The notes below the pieces were generated by a model. That model ran no database searches, was not told where the DNA came from, and worked only from the letters and a program-made list of their open reading frames with translations. From Desulfosudaceae bacterium (GTDB lineage: Bacteria; Desulfobacterota; Desulfobacteria; Desulfobacterales; Desulfosudaceae), in NCBI GenBank assembly GCA_963674745.2, contig CAXXDV010000003.1, positions 2,048,001-2,112,000 on the forward strand: DNA of 64,000 bases. The letters run 5' to 3'. Shown here piece by piece: positions 40,080 to 50,164 of this stretch. The position numbers and the translations under genes were made by a program. Position 1 is the first letter of the stretch; each line of letters starts with the position of its first letter.

Positions 40080-41293
40080 GACAGCACCTCCGGATTCTCT
40101 ATTGGTCCGCACCAGCAGGCCCCGCGGACCAGCGCGCTCTCACCCAATCCGACCACGGGCCGGTCATCATCGGTCAGATGCATGACCGCCAGTGGCGGCG
40201 GGCCGTTAAAAAATTTTTCCGTAACCGCGGCCAGTTCGATTTTTCCATTGGGCAGGGGCTGGTATGGGAAAACCGCGGCGTGAATATGGGCGGCCCGATC
40301 CGGGACAGCCGGTGTCGACAGCAGCAAAAGACCGCTGCCGGCCGAAACGATCCCCACCAGCATTGCCTGCTGGTGGGCAAATGACCGTTCGCCGCAGAAC
40401 GTCAGCCATTCGCGGATTTCAGGGAAAACGATTTTTCTGTCTTCCCCGAGGCGCCCCGGGGATTGGATCAGGGCCGTTCCGACCAGCCCTTCAACTTCAC
40501 CCCAGATAACAAAACCGGCCGCCCGGCCGCCTGTTTGTTTCAGAACAAGCCCCAGCAGATCGGAAACCGGATAAAAAGGGGTTGAGTCCGTTGGGGCAAA
40601 CCGGATCAAATGGCCCGGGTCCCCGGCCCAGTTCAATGCCTGGACACACTGCATCCGGGGCAGGAACTGTTTTTCAGCAATAAGATAATCCGGCGGCGCC
40701 TGTTCATCCGGGGGCTGGTAAACGACATTTCCGGCTACGGCCAGAAACTCGCCAAAATGGTCCCGGGCGTCCTCAAACGTTCCTGCCGCACTGCCGATAC
40801 CCAGACCATAGCTATTCCGGGCAAAGGTGCGGGCCGCCACCTGCTCCTGAACGACACCCTGCCAGGGTTGCCAGCAGGCCGGCTTATCAACGGTCAACAG
40901 TGCATTCTCATCAAATGCATAGTACTGAACGCCTGTATGCCCGGCCACCCCGCCTGCGCCGGCATGCCCGGTGTCCGGCATATCATCCGGGGTGCCCTTT
41001 TCCAGCCACATATCAAAGCCGGAAGTGCTCAGGGTCTGCTCCACAAAAGCGGTGGGATTGACGATGCGAAAATCGCCGGAGACCGTTTTGAGCTCTTTGA
41101 ACACCTGCAGAAGGGCACGTATGCCGGCTGAACTCAAAAAAGACGTTTTGGCGGCGTCAAGCACCAGGTGGTGCCGGCCCTTACGGATCTGAAGCATAAG
41201 CGTATCCGTGAAATAATCGGCCCAGGCGGCGTCCAGCCGTCCCTCGGCCCTGATCAGCAGGTATTTTCCCCGTTGTTCACAATCGATCTTCAT
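40076..41293 (-). CDS. STAS (anti-sigma antagonist) domain fused to a ~300-aa unknown domain
   Basis: N-terminal EGRLDA...LDAAKTSFLSSAGIRAL...LSTSGF STAS; the C-terminal part is unrecognised. Confidence 0.85.
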   Translation of the reverse strand: MKIDCEQRGKYLLIRAEGRLDAAWADYFTDTLMLQIRKGRHHLVLDAAKTSFLSSAGIRALLQVFKELKTVSGDFRIVNPTAFVEQTLSTSGFDMWLEKGTPDDMPDTGHAGAGGVAGHTGVQYYAFDENALLTVDKPACWQPWQGVVQEQVAARTFARNSYGLGIGSAAGTFEDARDHFGEFLAVAGNVVYQPPDEQAPPDYLIAEKQFLPRMQCVQALNWAGDPGHLIRFAPTDSTPFYPVSDLLGLVLKQTGGRAAGFVIWGEVEGLVGTALIQSPGRLGEDRKIVFPEIREWLTFCGERSFAHQQAMLVGIVSAGSGLLLLSTPAVPDRAAHIHAAVFPYQPLPNGKIELAAVTEKFFNGPPPLAVMHLTDDDRPVVGLGESALVRGACWCGPIENPEVLS

Positions 41294-41308
41294 GATTTAT
41301 CCTGTCTG

Positions 41309-43297
41309 TTATTCCGGCTTATAAATGGTCGCCTTTTTCATCAGCTCTTCTGAAATCCGCAGGTTATAGTGTCTTGCCAGTTTTAGATTGAGCAACAATT
41401 TCTCTGATTGGGTGTTACTGAATGGAATGTCTTTCGGATTCTCTCCGCGCAGGACACGCAAAGCTTTCTGCGCCGCTTCCAACCCGGCGTCATAATAATC
41501 CCGGGCCAGGCAGACAACGCCACCGTCTTTCATCTGGGCACTGTCAAACACAAAAACAGGCAGATTGTTTTCCGCGGCTTTTCTGGCAATCAAGGCGAAC
41601 CCGGGCCGGGTCAGGTTGTCTACCACCTGAGCGACCACCTGAATATCCTTGCCGCAGAGCTCGATGGCCGATTGGGCCACATCGGCACTGGCGGTGACCG
41701 GTACGGTCACGAGTTCCATGCCCTGGTCCACCAGGGCTTCTTTAAACCAGTCCTTGTAAAGCACGCTGTTAATTTCCGCCGGGGTAAACAGGGTCCCCAC
41801 CCGGCGGGTATCCGGAAGGGTCTGTCTGATTATCCGGGCCATGCCGTCAAAAGGGGAGCGGGTGCTGATACCGGTAACATTGGGCAGATGATCGGTCTCG
41901 CTTGTTCCCGCCCCGGCCCTGACACCGTCTCCGACACCGGTGAATACGATTCGGGTGTCTTCACCGGCCTGGCGCAGGGCCGCCTGAAGGGTCGGCGTGG
42001 AGACCACCATGAGCAGGTCTACCCTGTCCGACCGGACGGTGGTCATGATACTTGACAGGGTGGACATATCACCCTGGGCATTATAGCTTTTGAGTTCGTA
42101 ATCCCTGCCCTCCTTTAAACCGGCCTTGTTTATGCCGTCAATCAACCCTTCTTTGCATCGTTCCGCGAATTCTGTTTCGCTGTAAAGGACAATCCGCAGC
42201 TTAAAAGGGGCTGTCGGTTGTGAAACGGATCGGGGTTCGGGTCTGGGGGGACTTTCTTTTGCCGTTCCTTTCTGAGCGCCCAGCATGTTTTCGATGGCCG
42301 TCGTCATTTTCCAGGAACCTTTAAGGGAGGCCAGCACACTTCGATTCACAGCCAGTTGTTCCGGGACCACGTTATCAATACGGATGGTCGACGGTTTTTG
42401 CCCTCCCAGAATTGCCGCGGCGATATCCGCAGTATACAGGCCCACGGTAAAATAATCGGCCCCCAGGCCGAACAGGGCGCCCTTTTCCGTATCCGTGGGA
42501 TCGTTTGAAAAAACCGGAATTTCGGCATCACCGGCCAGATTAATGATAAGATTAATGGCTGAAATGGCCACATTATCCCCCCCGACCCAGACGGCATCCA
42601 CGTTTTTCGCGATAACCGAACGCAGGGCTTCCGGCACCTCGGAGGTGTTGCCGGCGTTGGCCTCGATCAGTTCAATCCCCAGCGCGTTACATGCTTTGCG
42701 GGCTTTCTTCAAGCAGGCTTCCGAGCATTGTTCTCCGGGGTTCCAGACCACACCCAGCCGCTGGAGTGCCGGATTCATTTCACGGGCTATCTCGATGGTA
42801 CGTTCTACCGGCTGGAATGTGCCTACCCCGGCCATATATGGGGGATGCTGGTCCGGTTCCGGACCGCTGATGCCCACACCGGCACCGTAAGGATCGGTGA
42901 CCGTCCCGAAAACATGATGTTTTTGAATGGTCATATTGGCCTTGGAAACCACCTGCAGGGCCACCGTACTGGACGTGATCAGCAGATCATAAGGGCTGTT
43001 GACCATGTCACGGGCCATGGCATTGGCGGTGGCGTAATCCCCCTGGGGATTGTAAATCCGGATGTTGCTCCCGTCCGGCGCCCGAAAGCCTTTTTCTTCC
43101 AGGCGGGTGACCACACCGGCGATATGGGAATCCAGCAGTGTTGACGAGGCAATCTGCATTACGGCAACGGACGGATATGCCCCGGTCTTCTCATTTTTAT
43201 GGCCGTCCCTTTGCTCCAGGTCCGACATTAACAAAATAAGGGATGCCGCCAGGATCAAGCCCACGGCCGGACCCAGGTGTTTGATAATGTTTTTCAT
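41309..43297 (-). CDS. ABC substrate-binding protein with two tandem binding domains
   Basis: N-terminal hydrophobic anchor. Two repeats: YNPQGD/YNAQGD, VFGTVTDP/VFTGVGDG, NPGEQCS/TPAEINS, DYFTVG/DYYDAG. Confidence 0.88.
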   Translation of the reverse strand: MKNIIKHLGPAVGLILAASLILLMSDLEQRDGHKNEKTGAYPSVAVMQIASSTLLDSHIAGVVTRLEEKGFRAPDGSNIRIYNPQGDYATANAMARDMVNSPYDLLITSSTVALQVVSKANMTIQKHHVFGTVTDPYGAGVGISGPEPDQHPPYMAGVGTFQPVERTIEIAREMNPALQRLGVVWNPGEQCSEACLKKARKACNALGIELIEANAGNTSEVPEALRSVIAKNVDAVWVGGDNVAISAINLIINLAGDAEIPVFSNDPTDTEKGALFGLGADYFTVGLYTADIAAAILGGQKPSTIRIDNVVPEQLAVNRSVLASLKGSWKMTTAIENMLGAQKGTAKESPPRPEPRSVSQPTAPFKLRIVLYSETEFAERCKEGLIDGINKAGLKEGRDYELKSYNAQGDMSTLSSIMTTVRSDRVDLLMVVSTPTLQAALRQAGEDTRIVFTGVGDGVRAGAGTSETDHLPNVTGISTRSPFDGMARIIRQTLPDTRRVGTLFTPAEINSVLYKDWFKEALVDQGMELVTVPVTASADVAQSAIELCGKDIQVVAQVVDNLTRPGFALIARKAAENNLPVFVFDSAQMKDGGVVCLARDYYDAGLEAAQKALRVLRGENPKDIPFSNTQSEKLLLNLKLARHYNLRISEELMKKATIYKPE

Positions 43298-43503
43298 ATT
43301 TTCAGACTCGACTTATTTTCCGGTTTGATATTTTTCAGGCCATCTCTATGTTGTCCGGTATCCGCATTTTTAAAGGCTATGGCCCCGCTTTCATGGCAGC
43401 GTACAATAAAAGGGATTTTATTTTCCTGCCAATGGGTAATGGCCAGGCTCTGATCTCTGTGACAGTGGGGCAGCAGCATCAAGACCAGCGGCATCCCGGG
43501 CCC

Positions 43504-45462
43504 TTATCCGCCCGAATAACGGATCATCATCATGGTAATATCATCCGACTGGGGCGCGCCGGCTGAAAAGCGCTCTACGGCATCCATGACGTTCCCTATC
43601 GATGCCTGGATTTCCGCATCTTTGCAACCCGACAGCACATCGGCCAGCCGCTCTTCCGAGAACAATTCGTCGGCAGGGTTCATCGCCTCGGTCACGCCGT
43701 CGGTATACAGAAACAGGCTGTCTCCATGTGAAAGGGAGATTCGCTCACAGCCGTACTCCACGTCCTCCATGGCGCCGGCTACGAGTGATCCGGCCCGGGG
43801 CAACCACTCCACCGATCCGCTCTGTTTAACCAGCAGCGGCGGATTATGCCCGGCGTTGGCATACAGAATTTCACCGCTTGTCATGTCCAGCAGGCCGCAG
43901 AACAGCGTAACAAACATACAGGCGTCGTTTTCAGCGGCCAACTCCTTGTTGACATGATTCAGAATCACCTCCGGCGAGACATCATCTCTGGCGAATGATT
44001 TAATCAGCGTCTTGGTAACGGCCATGAACAAAGCCGCCGGAACGCCTTTTCCGGAAACGTCACCGATCACAAAGCAAAGGCGGTTTTCGCCCAGCTGAAA
44101 AAAATCATAAAAATCTCCGCCGACCTCCCTGGCCGGTGTAATCATGGCGTAAAGGTCAAACTCATCGCGGGTGGGGAACGGCGGGAATGTCTTGGGCAGA
44201 ATCGACATCTGAATATCATGGGCAATTTCCAGTTCACTTTCCATCCGTTCCCTGGCGGCGGTTGTCTCCGTTAACTGCCGGATATAATCCTTCAGGGAAT
44301 CCTTCATGATCTGGAAGTCCCGGGTCAGTGCGCCCACTTCATCTTTTGACTGTGGCTCCGGAAGATCGGCCTCAAAATCACCGGCCGCGATTTTATCCGA
44401 CGCCTCCGCCAGCGCCCGGACCGGCCTGCTGATAGAACCTGAGATATAGACCACCACCATGGCCAGAAGGAAGATACCGGCCAGGCTCATGCCGGCCATG
44501 ATCAACGTAAGATGGCGAATATCCGCCAGAAGCTCATCCCTGGGGAAAACAACGGCCAGCGTCCACCCCATTTGCGGCAGCGGCATGTAATACATCCAGC
44601 TGGGGACCCCGTCAAGGGTTTCAAACGAGATGAATCCGGTTTCGCCGGCGGCCATCCGGCGGCCGATATCCCGCAGATTGGAGTCCTGCCGTTCTTCAGC
44701 GATACTGAACAAAGATTCGTTCATAACGATGTCCTGCCGGGGATGGGCCAGAAAGACACCGTTTCTTGACAGCAGGCAGCCATATCCCGTCTTCAGGACC
44801 CGGATTGAAGACACAATATTGGTCAGATGTTCAAGCGAGATATCGGCCGTCACGATCCCGGCAAAGCGCTTCCGGTTGTCATGTTCTTCAAAAAAAGGGA
44901 CTGAATAGGTCGACATGAGAATGTTGCCGCCGCCTTCATCATAATAGGGCTCACTCCATACGCTCTTTTTCAATTCCCGGGGAATATGAAACCAGTCCTG
45001 CAGAACATAATTGTAACTGTCCGCTAAATCGACGAAGCCTAGACCTTCCGGAATCTTATAGAAATACGGCGCATAAGGGGTGGGAAACCGGCTGTCTTCG
45101 TATGGTTCGAAAGCGACCGTGGACCCGAATACATCGGGATGGGAAAGGACAGTGGTTTGAATAAAATCAAGCAGCTGGGGGTCGTTAAAAGGCAATGTTT
45201 CCAAGGCCCGGGCCATGCCTTCGGTTGCGGCCGTGACCGAAGCGATCGGCGTAGCGACCTTCCCTGCAGCCGCCGTCACGACATTCCGGGCCTGGACCTC
45301 CATCCTGGAAATGATCATTTTCCGGGCCTGGTAATAGTTATATCCCAGCGTGAACCCGAAAATCAGGATACTGAAAACGGAAAAAAGAATGCTCAACCGA
45401 ACGGATAAACGATGACGCCACTTTATCCCGGTGTTTTCTAAACCATGGTCAGCGCTGGACAT
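43504..45462 (-). CDS. SpoIIE/RsbU-type PP2C phosphatase with Cache and HAMP domains
   Basis: TM-Cache (WSEPYYDEGGG)-TM-HAMP; ELEIAHDIQ, VGGDFYD, GDVSGKG, NAGH, YTDGVTEA, QSDDIT. Start at 45462 inferred. Confidence 0.93.
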   Translation of the reverse strand: MSSADHGLENTGIKWRHRLSVRLSILFSVFSILIFGFTLGYNYYQARKMIISRMEVQARNVVTAAAGKVATPIASVTAATEGMARALETLPFNDPQLLDFIQTTVLSHPDVFGSTVAFEPYEDSRFPTPYAPYFYKIPEGLGFVDLADSYNYVLQDWFHIPRELKKSVWSEPYYDEGGGNILMSTYSVPFFEEHDNRKRFAGIVTADISLEHLTNIVSSIRVLKTGYGCLLSRNGVFLAHPRQDIVMNESLFSIAEERQDSNLRDIGRRMAAGETGFISFETLDGVPSWMYYMPLPQMGWTLAVVFPRDELLADIRHLTLIMAGMSLAGIFLLAMVVVYISGSISRPVRALAEASDKIAAGDFEADLPEPQSKDEVGALTRDFQIMKDSLKDYIRQLTETTAARERMESELEIAHDIQMSILPKTFPPFPTRDEFDLYAMITPAREVGGDFYDFFQLGENRLCFVIGDVSGKGVPAALFMAVTKTLIKSFARDDVSPEVILNHVNKELAAENDACMFVTLFCGLLDMTSGEILYANAGHNPPLLVKQSGSVEWLPRAGSLVAGAMEDVEYGCERISLSHGDSLFLYTDGVTEAMNPADELFSEERLADVLSGCKDAEIQASIGNVMDAVERFSAGAPQSDDITMMMIRYSGG

Positions 45463-46456
45463 GTATTGCTCCGGTAAACTGGTCATAATCGGGTATTTCT
45501 TCAATCAGGCCGGTCTGAAAAAGAAAAAGCGAGACCGAGTCAAAATCCGATTTTTTCAATCGGCCGTTATCATCGGCATCCAGAACCGGCATAATAAGGT
45601 CCCGCATCCTGGACAGCATCCATTTCTGATGCGTCCGGTTGGCACATATTTTGGCTTCTCGCATGTGCCGGATAACAACATCCAGCGCTTCATCCGGGTG
45701 CTCAAACGCGTATCGCCACCCTTCCAGCGAGGCCTTGACGCAGGCCTCCGCCAGGGCCGGATTTTCTTTGAATGCCGATTCAAGCATGTAAATACCGTCT
45801 TCCGGAAAATTCAGGCCGTAATCGGACATGGAAAACACGTTCAGTTCTTCGGGATTTATGCCGGTATTCAGAATGGTGTGATATTCATTGTACCACATGG
45901 CCGAAGCCACATCCACGCCGTCTCGCAGAAAAAGATTGACGGTATAAGATTGAGGCACTTCTTTTACATGGAGCCCGTATTTCCAGAAAAACGCCCGGGG
46001 CGGGATGGCCAGGTCACCACCCCAGAGGCTCACTTTTTTAGCGTTCATGTCCGATGGTTGCCGTATATTCCGGGATTTTTTGGCCACCAGCATCATGGCG
46101 GAGCGAGGGATGACCTGGCCTGCATGCACCAGTCGAAGCCCTTCACCATACTGACGAATAGCTGTTGTCAGCCACAGGACAGCAAAATCAGCCCGGCCGT
46201 TTTCCAGATATTCGCAACCGGAGAAGGCGGGGCCGCCCTTCAAAATGGTCATATTAAGGCCGTGATTCCGGTAAAAGCCCTTTTCCCGTGCCATGTAATA
46301 ACCGGCAAACTGCGCCTGGGGGCTCCACAGCGGAAGCATGCTGCAGGACGTCAGGTTGTCCTCACATCTTGTATTCAGTGGAAGAAACAGGGCGACAATC
46401 AGGATCACCAGCAAGGAAACAGGGCTGCCGTTGTTTACAAACCCGGGATTCCTCAT
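45449..46456 (-). CDS. NMT1/THI5-like periplasmic binding protein
   Basis: Signal-like N-terminus; WSPQAQFAGYYMAREKGFY...GL, SLEGWRYA. Confidence 0.88.
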   Translation of the reverse strand: MRNPGFVNNGSPVSLLVILIVALFLPLNTRCEDNLTSCSMLPLWSPQAQFAGYYMAREKGFYRNHGLNMTILKGGPAFSGCEYLENGRADFAVLWLTTAIRQYGEGLRLVHAGQVIPRSAMMLVAKKSRNIRQPSDMNAKKVSLWGGDLAIPPRAFFWKYGLHVKEVPQSYTVNLFLRDGVDVASAMWYNEYHTILNTGINPEELNVFSMSDYGLNFPEDGIYMLESAFKENPALAEACVKASLEGWRYAFEHPDEALDVVIRHMREAKICANRTHQKWMLSRMRDLIMPVLDADDNGRLKKSDFDSVSLFLFQTGLIEEIPDYDQFTGAIHVQR

Positions 46457-46887
46457 GAAGAAACCTTTCCATCATGTATTTTAACCGTGAGACGGAGAAC
46501 GTTCCAGTTGTTTTCCCTGTGCCAGTCGACACGATCCGTGAAATTCCGTATAAAATGAACGCCCAGCCCGCCGATGGGTCTTTCTTCAAACGGAATGGTA
46601 AGATCCGGCTCCGGGACCGAGAGCGGGTTAAATTCCGGTCCTGTATCCCTGATTTCCAGAACGAATGTTTCGGTGCCGGGAAAGCCGGCCAGCGCCACTT
46701 CCCCCCGGCCGCCCTTTAAAGCGTAGCTGCAAATATTGACAAACGCCTCTTCAACGGCCAGGCAGAGACCGGAGATCTTTTCGGGCGGAACACCCGCCTG
46801 CCCGGCACTGGTTTCAACAAACGCCATGACATCTTTCAGGCGGTCCAGGGATGAAGAGAGCTTTATGGTTAAAGGTGACAGGGTCAT
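46453..46887 (-). CDS. RsbW-like anti-sigma factor / Ser kinase
   Basis: LAVEEAFVNI, IRDTGPEFNP, GGLGVHFI. Confidence 0.92.
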   Translation of the reverse strand: MTLSPLTIKLSSSLDRLKDVMAFVETSAGQAGVPPEKISGLCLAVEEAFVNICSYALKGGRGEVALAGFPGTETFVLEIRDTGPEFNPLSVPEPDLTIPFEERPIGGLGVHFIRNFTDRVDWHRENNWNVLRLTVKIHDGKVSS

Positions 46888-47222
46888 CAGCCTTCTGCTT
46901 TCACGGCTGTTTCCACAGAACCGTAAATATCAAACACGGAACCGAAACCTGAAATATCAAAAACCTCTTTGACCGGCCCACGGGGACCGGCCAGGAGCAT
47001 CTTACCGTTCTTCCCCTTGAGGGCCTTGGCGGATGCCAGAATGACCCGCAACCCCGCGCTGCTGATATATTCGACTCCACCCAGGTCCAGAACCAGCTTC
47101 AGCCGCCCTTTGTCGATCAGATCGGTAAGGGATGATTCAAAAGCCGGTGCCGTCATGGCATCAATTTTCCCTGAAGCAGATACCACCATTATTTCGCCTT
47201 CCTGTTTTATCTGGATATTCAA
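46887..47222 (-). CDS. RsbV/SpoIIAA-like anti-sigma antagonist (STAS)
   Basis: SGKIDA, LDLGGVEYISSAGLRV, VKEVFDISGF; TTG start. Confidence 0.92.
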   Translation of the reverse strand: MNIQIKQEGEIMVVSASGKIDAMTAPAFESSLTDLIDKGRLKLVLDLGGVEYISSAGLRVILASAKALKGKNGKMLLAGPRGPVKEVFDISGFGSVFDIYGSVETAVKAEG

Positions 47223-47652
47223 TTTCTTTTCCCCTGTTTTTAAAAAGACATGGATTGTTTTATCCGACTATTTCATGATCTTTTTTTTGCGATCACAACC
47301 AAACCTGTTCCCGCAGACGCTCAAAAATCAGGTGTTCAGGCCTGATGAATCATAAACCACCATACAAATGAGTATTCTTTTTAAAATACTGAAATAAATC
47401 ATACTTGTCAATCAGCCCGGATATTTCATGAAATTTTTGATTAATATTTTTTCAGACTTGTTCAAAGTTTCGGGTCACCCCGTCATTATGATAAAGACGG
47501 GTTGTGATTTTTGATCGACAAAACAATTGACATTCTTCAGGCCTCAGCTAAACTTACAAGATCAATCTCTTGCTCATCCTCTAAAAACGGATAGTTATTA
47601 TATTAATGATATTACCGGCAGCGGTAAAAATCGGCTTCATCGGAAACGGTAT

Positions 47653-49446
47653 ATGAATCAGGGGCGATTGATCTATCAGAATATTCTCCAGAACATGAGC
47701 GACGGCGTCCTGACGATCGGCATGGATGGACGGGTGATGACCCTGAATAATGCCGGTGAACAGATTCTGGACATTCGTGCCGAAGAGTGCATCGGCCGCC
47801 CTTATGGTGAGGTGTTCTTTCTAAGAGAAGGAAATGATAATTTCAACCAGCTGATTCTGGATGCCGTTTACGAGTCGACGGTCACCCACAACCGGACCGT
47901 GAAATTTGATACCGGCAACGGTATCAAGACCCTGCGGGTTTCGACTTCTTTTCTCAAACCCGACCATAATGATCAGGAAACTGCCGTCATCGTTGTCATT
48001 AATGACGTTTCAGAACTTGAACGCACGCATCAGGCAGAACGCGATCTGACTGAAGAGTTAAAGCAGAAGCACGGGGAGTTGCGCGATTCCTATCTCCAGC
48101 TTGAAGAGGCGAATGCCGACATGGCCGCCCTTTTGAAAAAAGTCCAGGTCATTCGCATCGCGGCCACGGCTTTCATCCTGGTGCTTTTTCTGGGTATCGG
48201 TATTTTCACCTGGCTGAGGACCGGTGTTCATTCTCAGAATATGTCCGCTACGGGACAACAGCATGTCGACGCAACGGCATCGCAGGCCTATACGGTTTCT
48301 TACCGCCCATTATCCGACAGCATCTCTTTAAAAAGCATGATCAAGCCGATACGGGTGGTCAACGTTACCTGCCCGTTTACCGGGTCTATTGAAAAAGTAT
48401 TTTTCGAATACGGCCAGGCTGTAGAAAAAGGACAGATTCTGCTGCGGATGGACAAAAAAGAGGCGGAAATGCAGTATCGGGAAGCCTATGCAGCGGCCAT
48501 CAAGGCGGAGGAAAAATTCCGGGACTTCCAGAACTGGGAACAGAATGATCAGGTGGTCAAGGCCCGGCGCTCACTGGCCAGGTCAAAAATGAGCCTGAAC
48601 AATTATAAAAAAGTTTTTGAAGAGACGGAGTACCTGTTCAAAAAAGGCCTTATTCCGGAAAAGGAATACGAAAATGCCGGGCAGATGCATGAGAATGCCA
48701 AGCTTGATTACGAAGCCGCCTCACATGAACTGAACATTGTCCGGGCGAACGGTACAGGCAACAACTATGAAATCGCCAGGCTGGAAATGGAAAATGCCAA
48801 AGCCAAGCTGGCGGAATACGAGCAGCAGTTGAATCTGGCCGACGTCGTCGCACCGGTGGCCGGCACCGTCATGATCGGAGAAAGTGCCGGTAAAAAGGAC
48901 GCCGGTGCCCGGATTGTCAATGGCGCGCCGGTATCCGAAGGAGATATCCTTGTATCCGTGGGCGATACCAGCGGTTTATCGGTGGAAGTCGATGTGGACG
49001 AAATCGAGGTACGTAAAATTCATCAGGGCCAGACGGCACGAATTACAGGAGAAGCGTTTCCAGGCATCACGTTAAACGGGCGGGTCGCCAATGTGTCCAC
49101 CCAGGCCAATATTTCTTCAGGCCATTACCAGCGCCCCACTTTCGGCGTCCTCATCGTCATCGAAGACATCACCCCTGAAGTACGCCAGCAGATCCGCCTG
49201 GGAATTACCGCAAATGTGGTTATTGTCGTCTACAACAAGCCGGAGGCGATCCTGGTCCCCATCCAGGCAGTGATAATGGAAGGTAATGACCGGTTCGTGA
49301 TGCTGAGAGACAAGGCCACCGGCGCCATCAAGAAAGTCCGGGTAAAGACCGGTGTAACGACCCTCGATTCCGTTGAAATTTTAAGCGGTGTAGAAGCCGG
49401 CGATGAATTGATCATCAGTCAAGGGGTGGGATTTGCTGGCACTTGA
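47653..49446 (+). CDS. Efflux periplasmic adaptor (MacA/HlyD-like) with an N-terminal cytoplasmic PAS domain
   Basis: ILQNMSDGVLTIG...LNNAGEQIL PAS, coiled coil, one TM helix, then G-x-VEKGQIL, VVAPVAGTV, VDVDEIEV, LVPIQAV, VEILSGV..GD adaptor motifs. Start at 47653 inferred. Confidence 0.85.
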   Translation: MNQGRLIYQNILQNMSDGVLTIGMDGRVMTLNNAGEQILDIRAEECIGRPYGEVFFLREGNDNFNQLILDAVYESTVTHNRTVKFDTGNGIKTLRVSTSFLKPDHNDQETAVIVVINDVSELERTHQAERDLTEELKQKHGELRDSYLQLEEANADMAALLKKVQVIRIAATAFILVLFLGIGIFTWLRTGVHSQNMSATGQQHVDATASQAYTVSYRPLSDSISLKSMIKPIRVVNVTCPFTGSIEKVFFEYGQAVEKGQILLRMDKKEAEMQYREAYAAAIKAEEKFRDFQNWEQNDQVVKARRSLARSKMSLNNYKKVFEETEYLFKKGLIPEKEYENAGQMHENAKLDYEAASHELNIVRANGTGNNYEIARLEMENAKAKLAEYEQQLNLADVVAPVAGTVMIGESAGKKDAGARIVNGAPVSEGDILVSVGDTSGLSVEVDVDEIEVRKIHQGQTARITGEAFPGITLNGRVANVSTQANISSGHYQRPTFGVLIVIEDITPEVRQQIRLGITANVVIVVYNKPEAILVPIQAVIMEGNDRFVMLRDKATGAIKKVRVKTGVTTLDSVEILSGVEAGDELIISQGVGFAGT

Positions 49447-50098
49447 GAACATCATAAAAAAATACACCATCGGCCCCACTGAACTGACCGCATTAAAAGG
49501 CATTTCCCTGGAAATCAAAGAGGGGGAACTGGTATCCGTCATCGGTCCTTCCGGGTGCGGCAAATCCACACTGATGAATATCCTCGGTCTCCTTGACCAA
49601 CCGACTTCCGGGACCTATCGCATCAGCGGCAGACAGGTTGGTTACGGTGATGACCGGGTATTATCCACCCTGAGGAATCAGCAAATCGGTTTTATTTTCC
49701 AGATGTATTATCTTCTACCGCGTCTGAACGCGATAGAAAATGTCACGCTTCCGCTGATATACAGAAAAGCCGGCAGACCGGCAGCCCGGCAGCAGGCCCT
49801 GGAATACCTCAAAAAAGTCGACATGGAAAGCCGGGCCTATCACCGTCCGGATGAGCTGTCGGGCGGACAGCAGCAGCGGGTTTCCATTGCCCGCGCCCTG
49901 GTCGGAAGGCCGGCCATTCTACTGGCGGATGAACCGACCGGCGCCCTTGATACACGGACCGGCCAGGAAATCATGAACCTGTTTAAACTATTAAATGAAC
50001 AAGAGGGAATCACCATCGTCATTATCACCCATGACCCGAAAATTGCCGCCCAGTGCCAGCGTAGTATCCAATTGCTCGACGGGCAGATTTATGAATAA
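49433..50098 (+). CDS. MacB/LolD-type ABC ATP-binding protein
   Basis: GPSGCGKSTLMNILG, LSGGQQQRV, LADEPTGALD. Confidence 0.95.
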   Translation: MLALENIIKKYTIGPTELTALKGISLEIKEGELVSVIGPSGCGKSTLMNILGLLDQPTSGTYRISGRQVGYGDDRVLSTLRNQQIGFIFQMYYLLPRLNAIENVTLPLIYRKAGRPAARQQALEYLKKVDMESRAYHRPDELSGGQQQRVSIARALVGRPAILLADEPTGALDTRTGQEIMNLFKLLNEQEGITIVIITHDPKIAAQCQRSIQLLDGQIYE

Positions 50099-50164
50099 TC
50101 GGCCTTGCGTCTTCCAGCGGGCCTTTTTGCGCACCGGCATCCGGCAAAAACCTGAACAGAGATT

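Noticed and set aside
43294..43494. Small ORF between the phosphatase and SBP genes
   Set aside because: No clear RBS or motif; it cannot be distinguished from intergenic sequence.
45431..46558. Long antisense ORFs (e.g. 45431-46558 +, 2986-3996 +, 33801-34631 -, 57941-58780 -)
   Set aside because: They are shadow frames opposite well-supported genes and carry no motifs.
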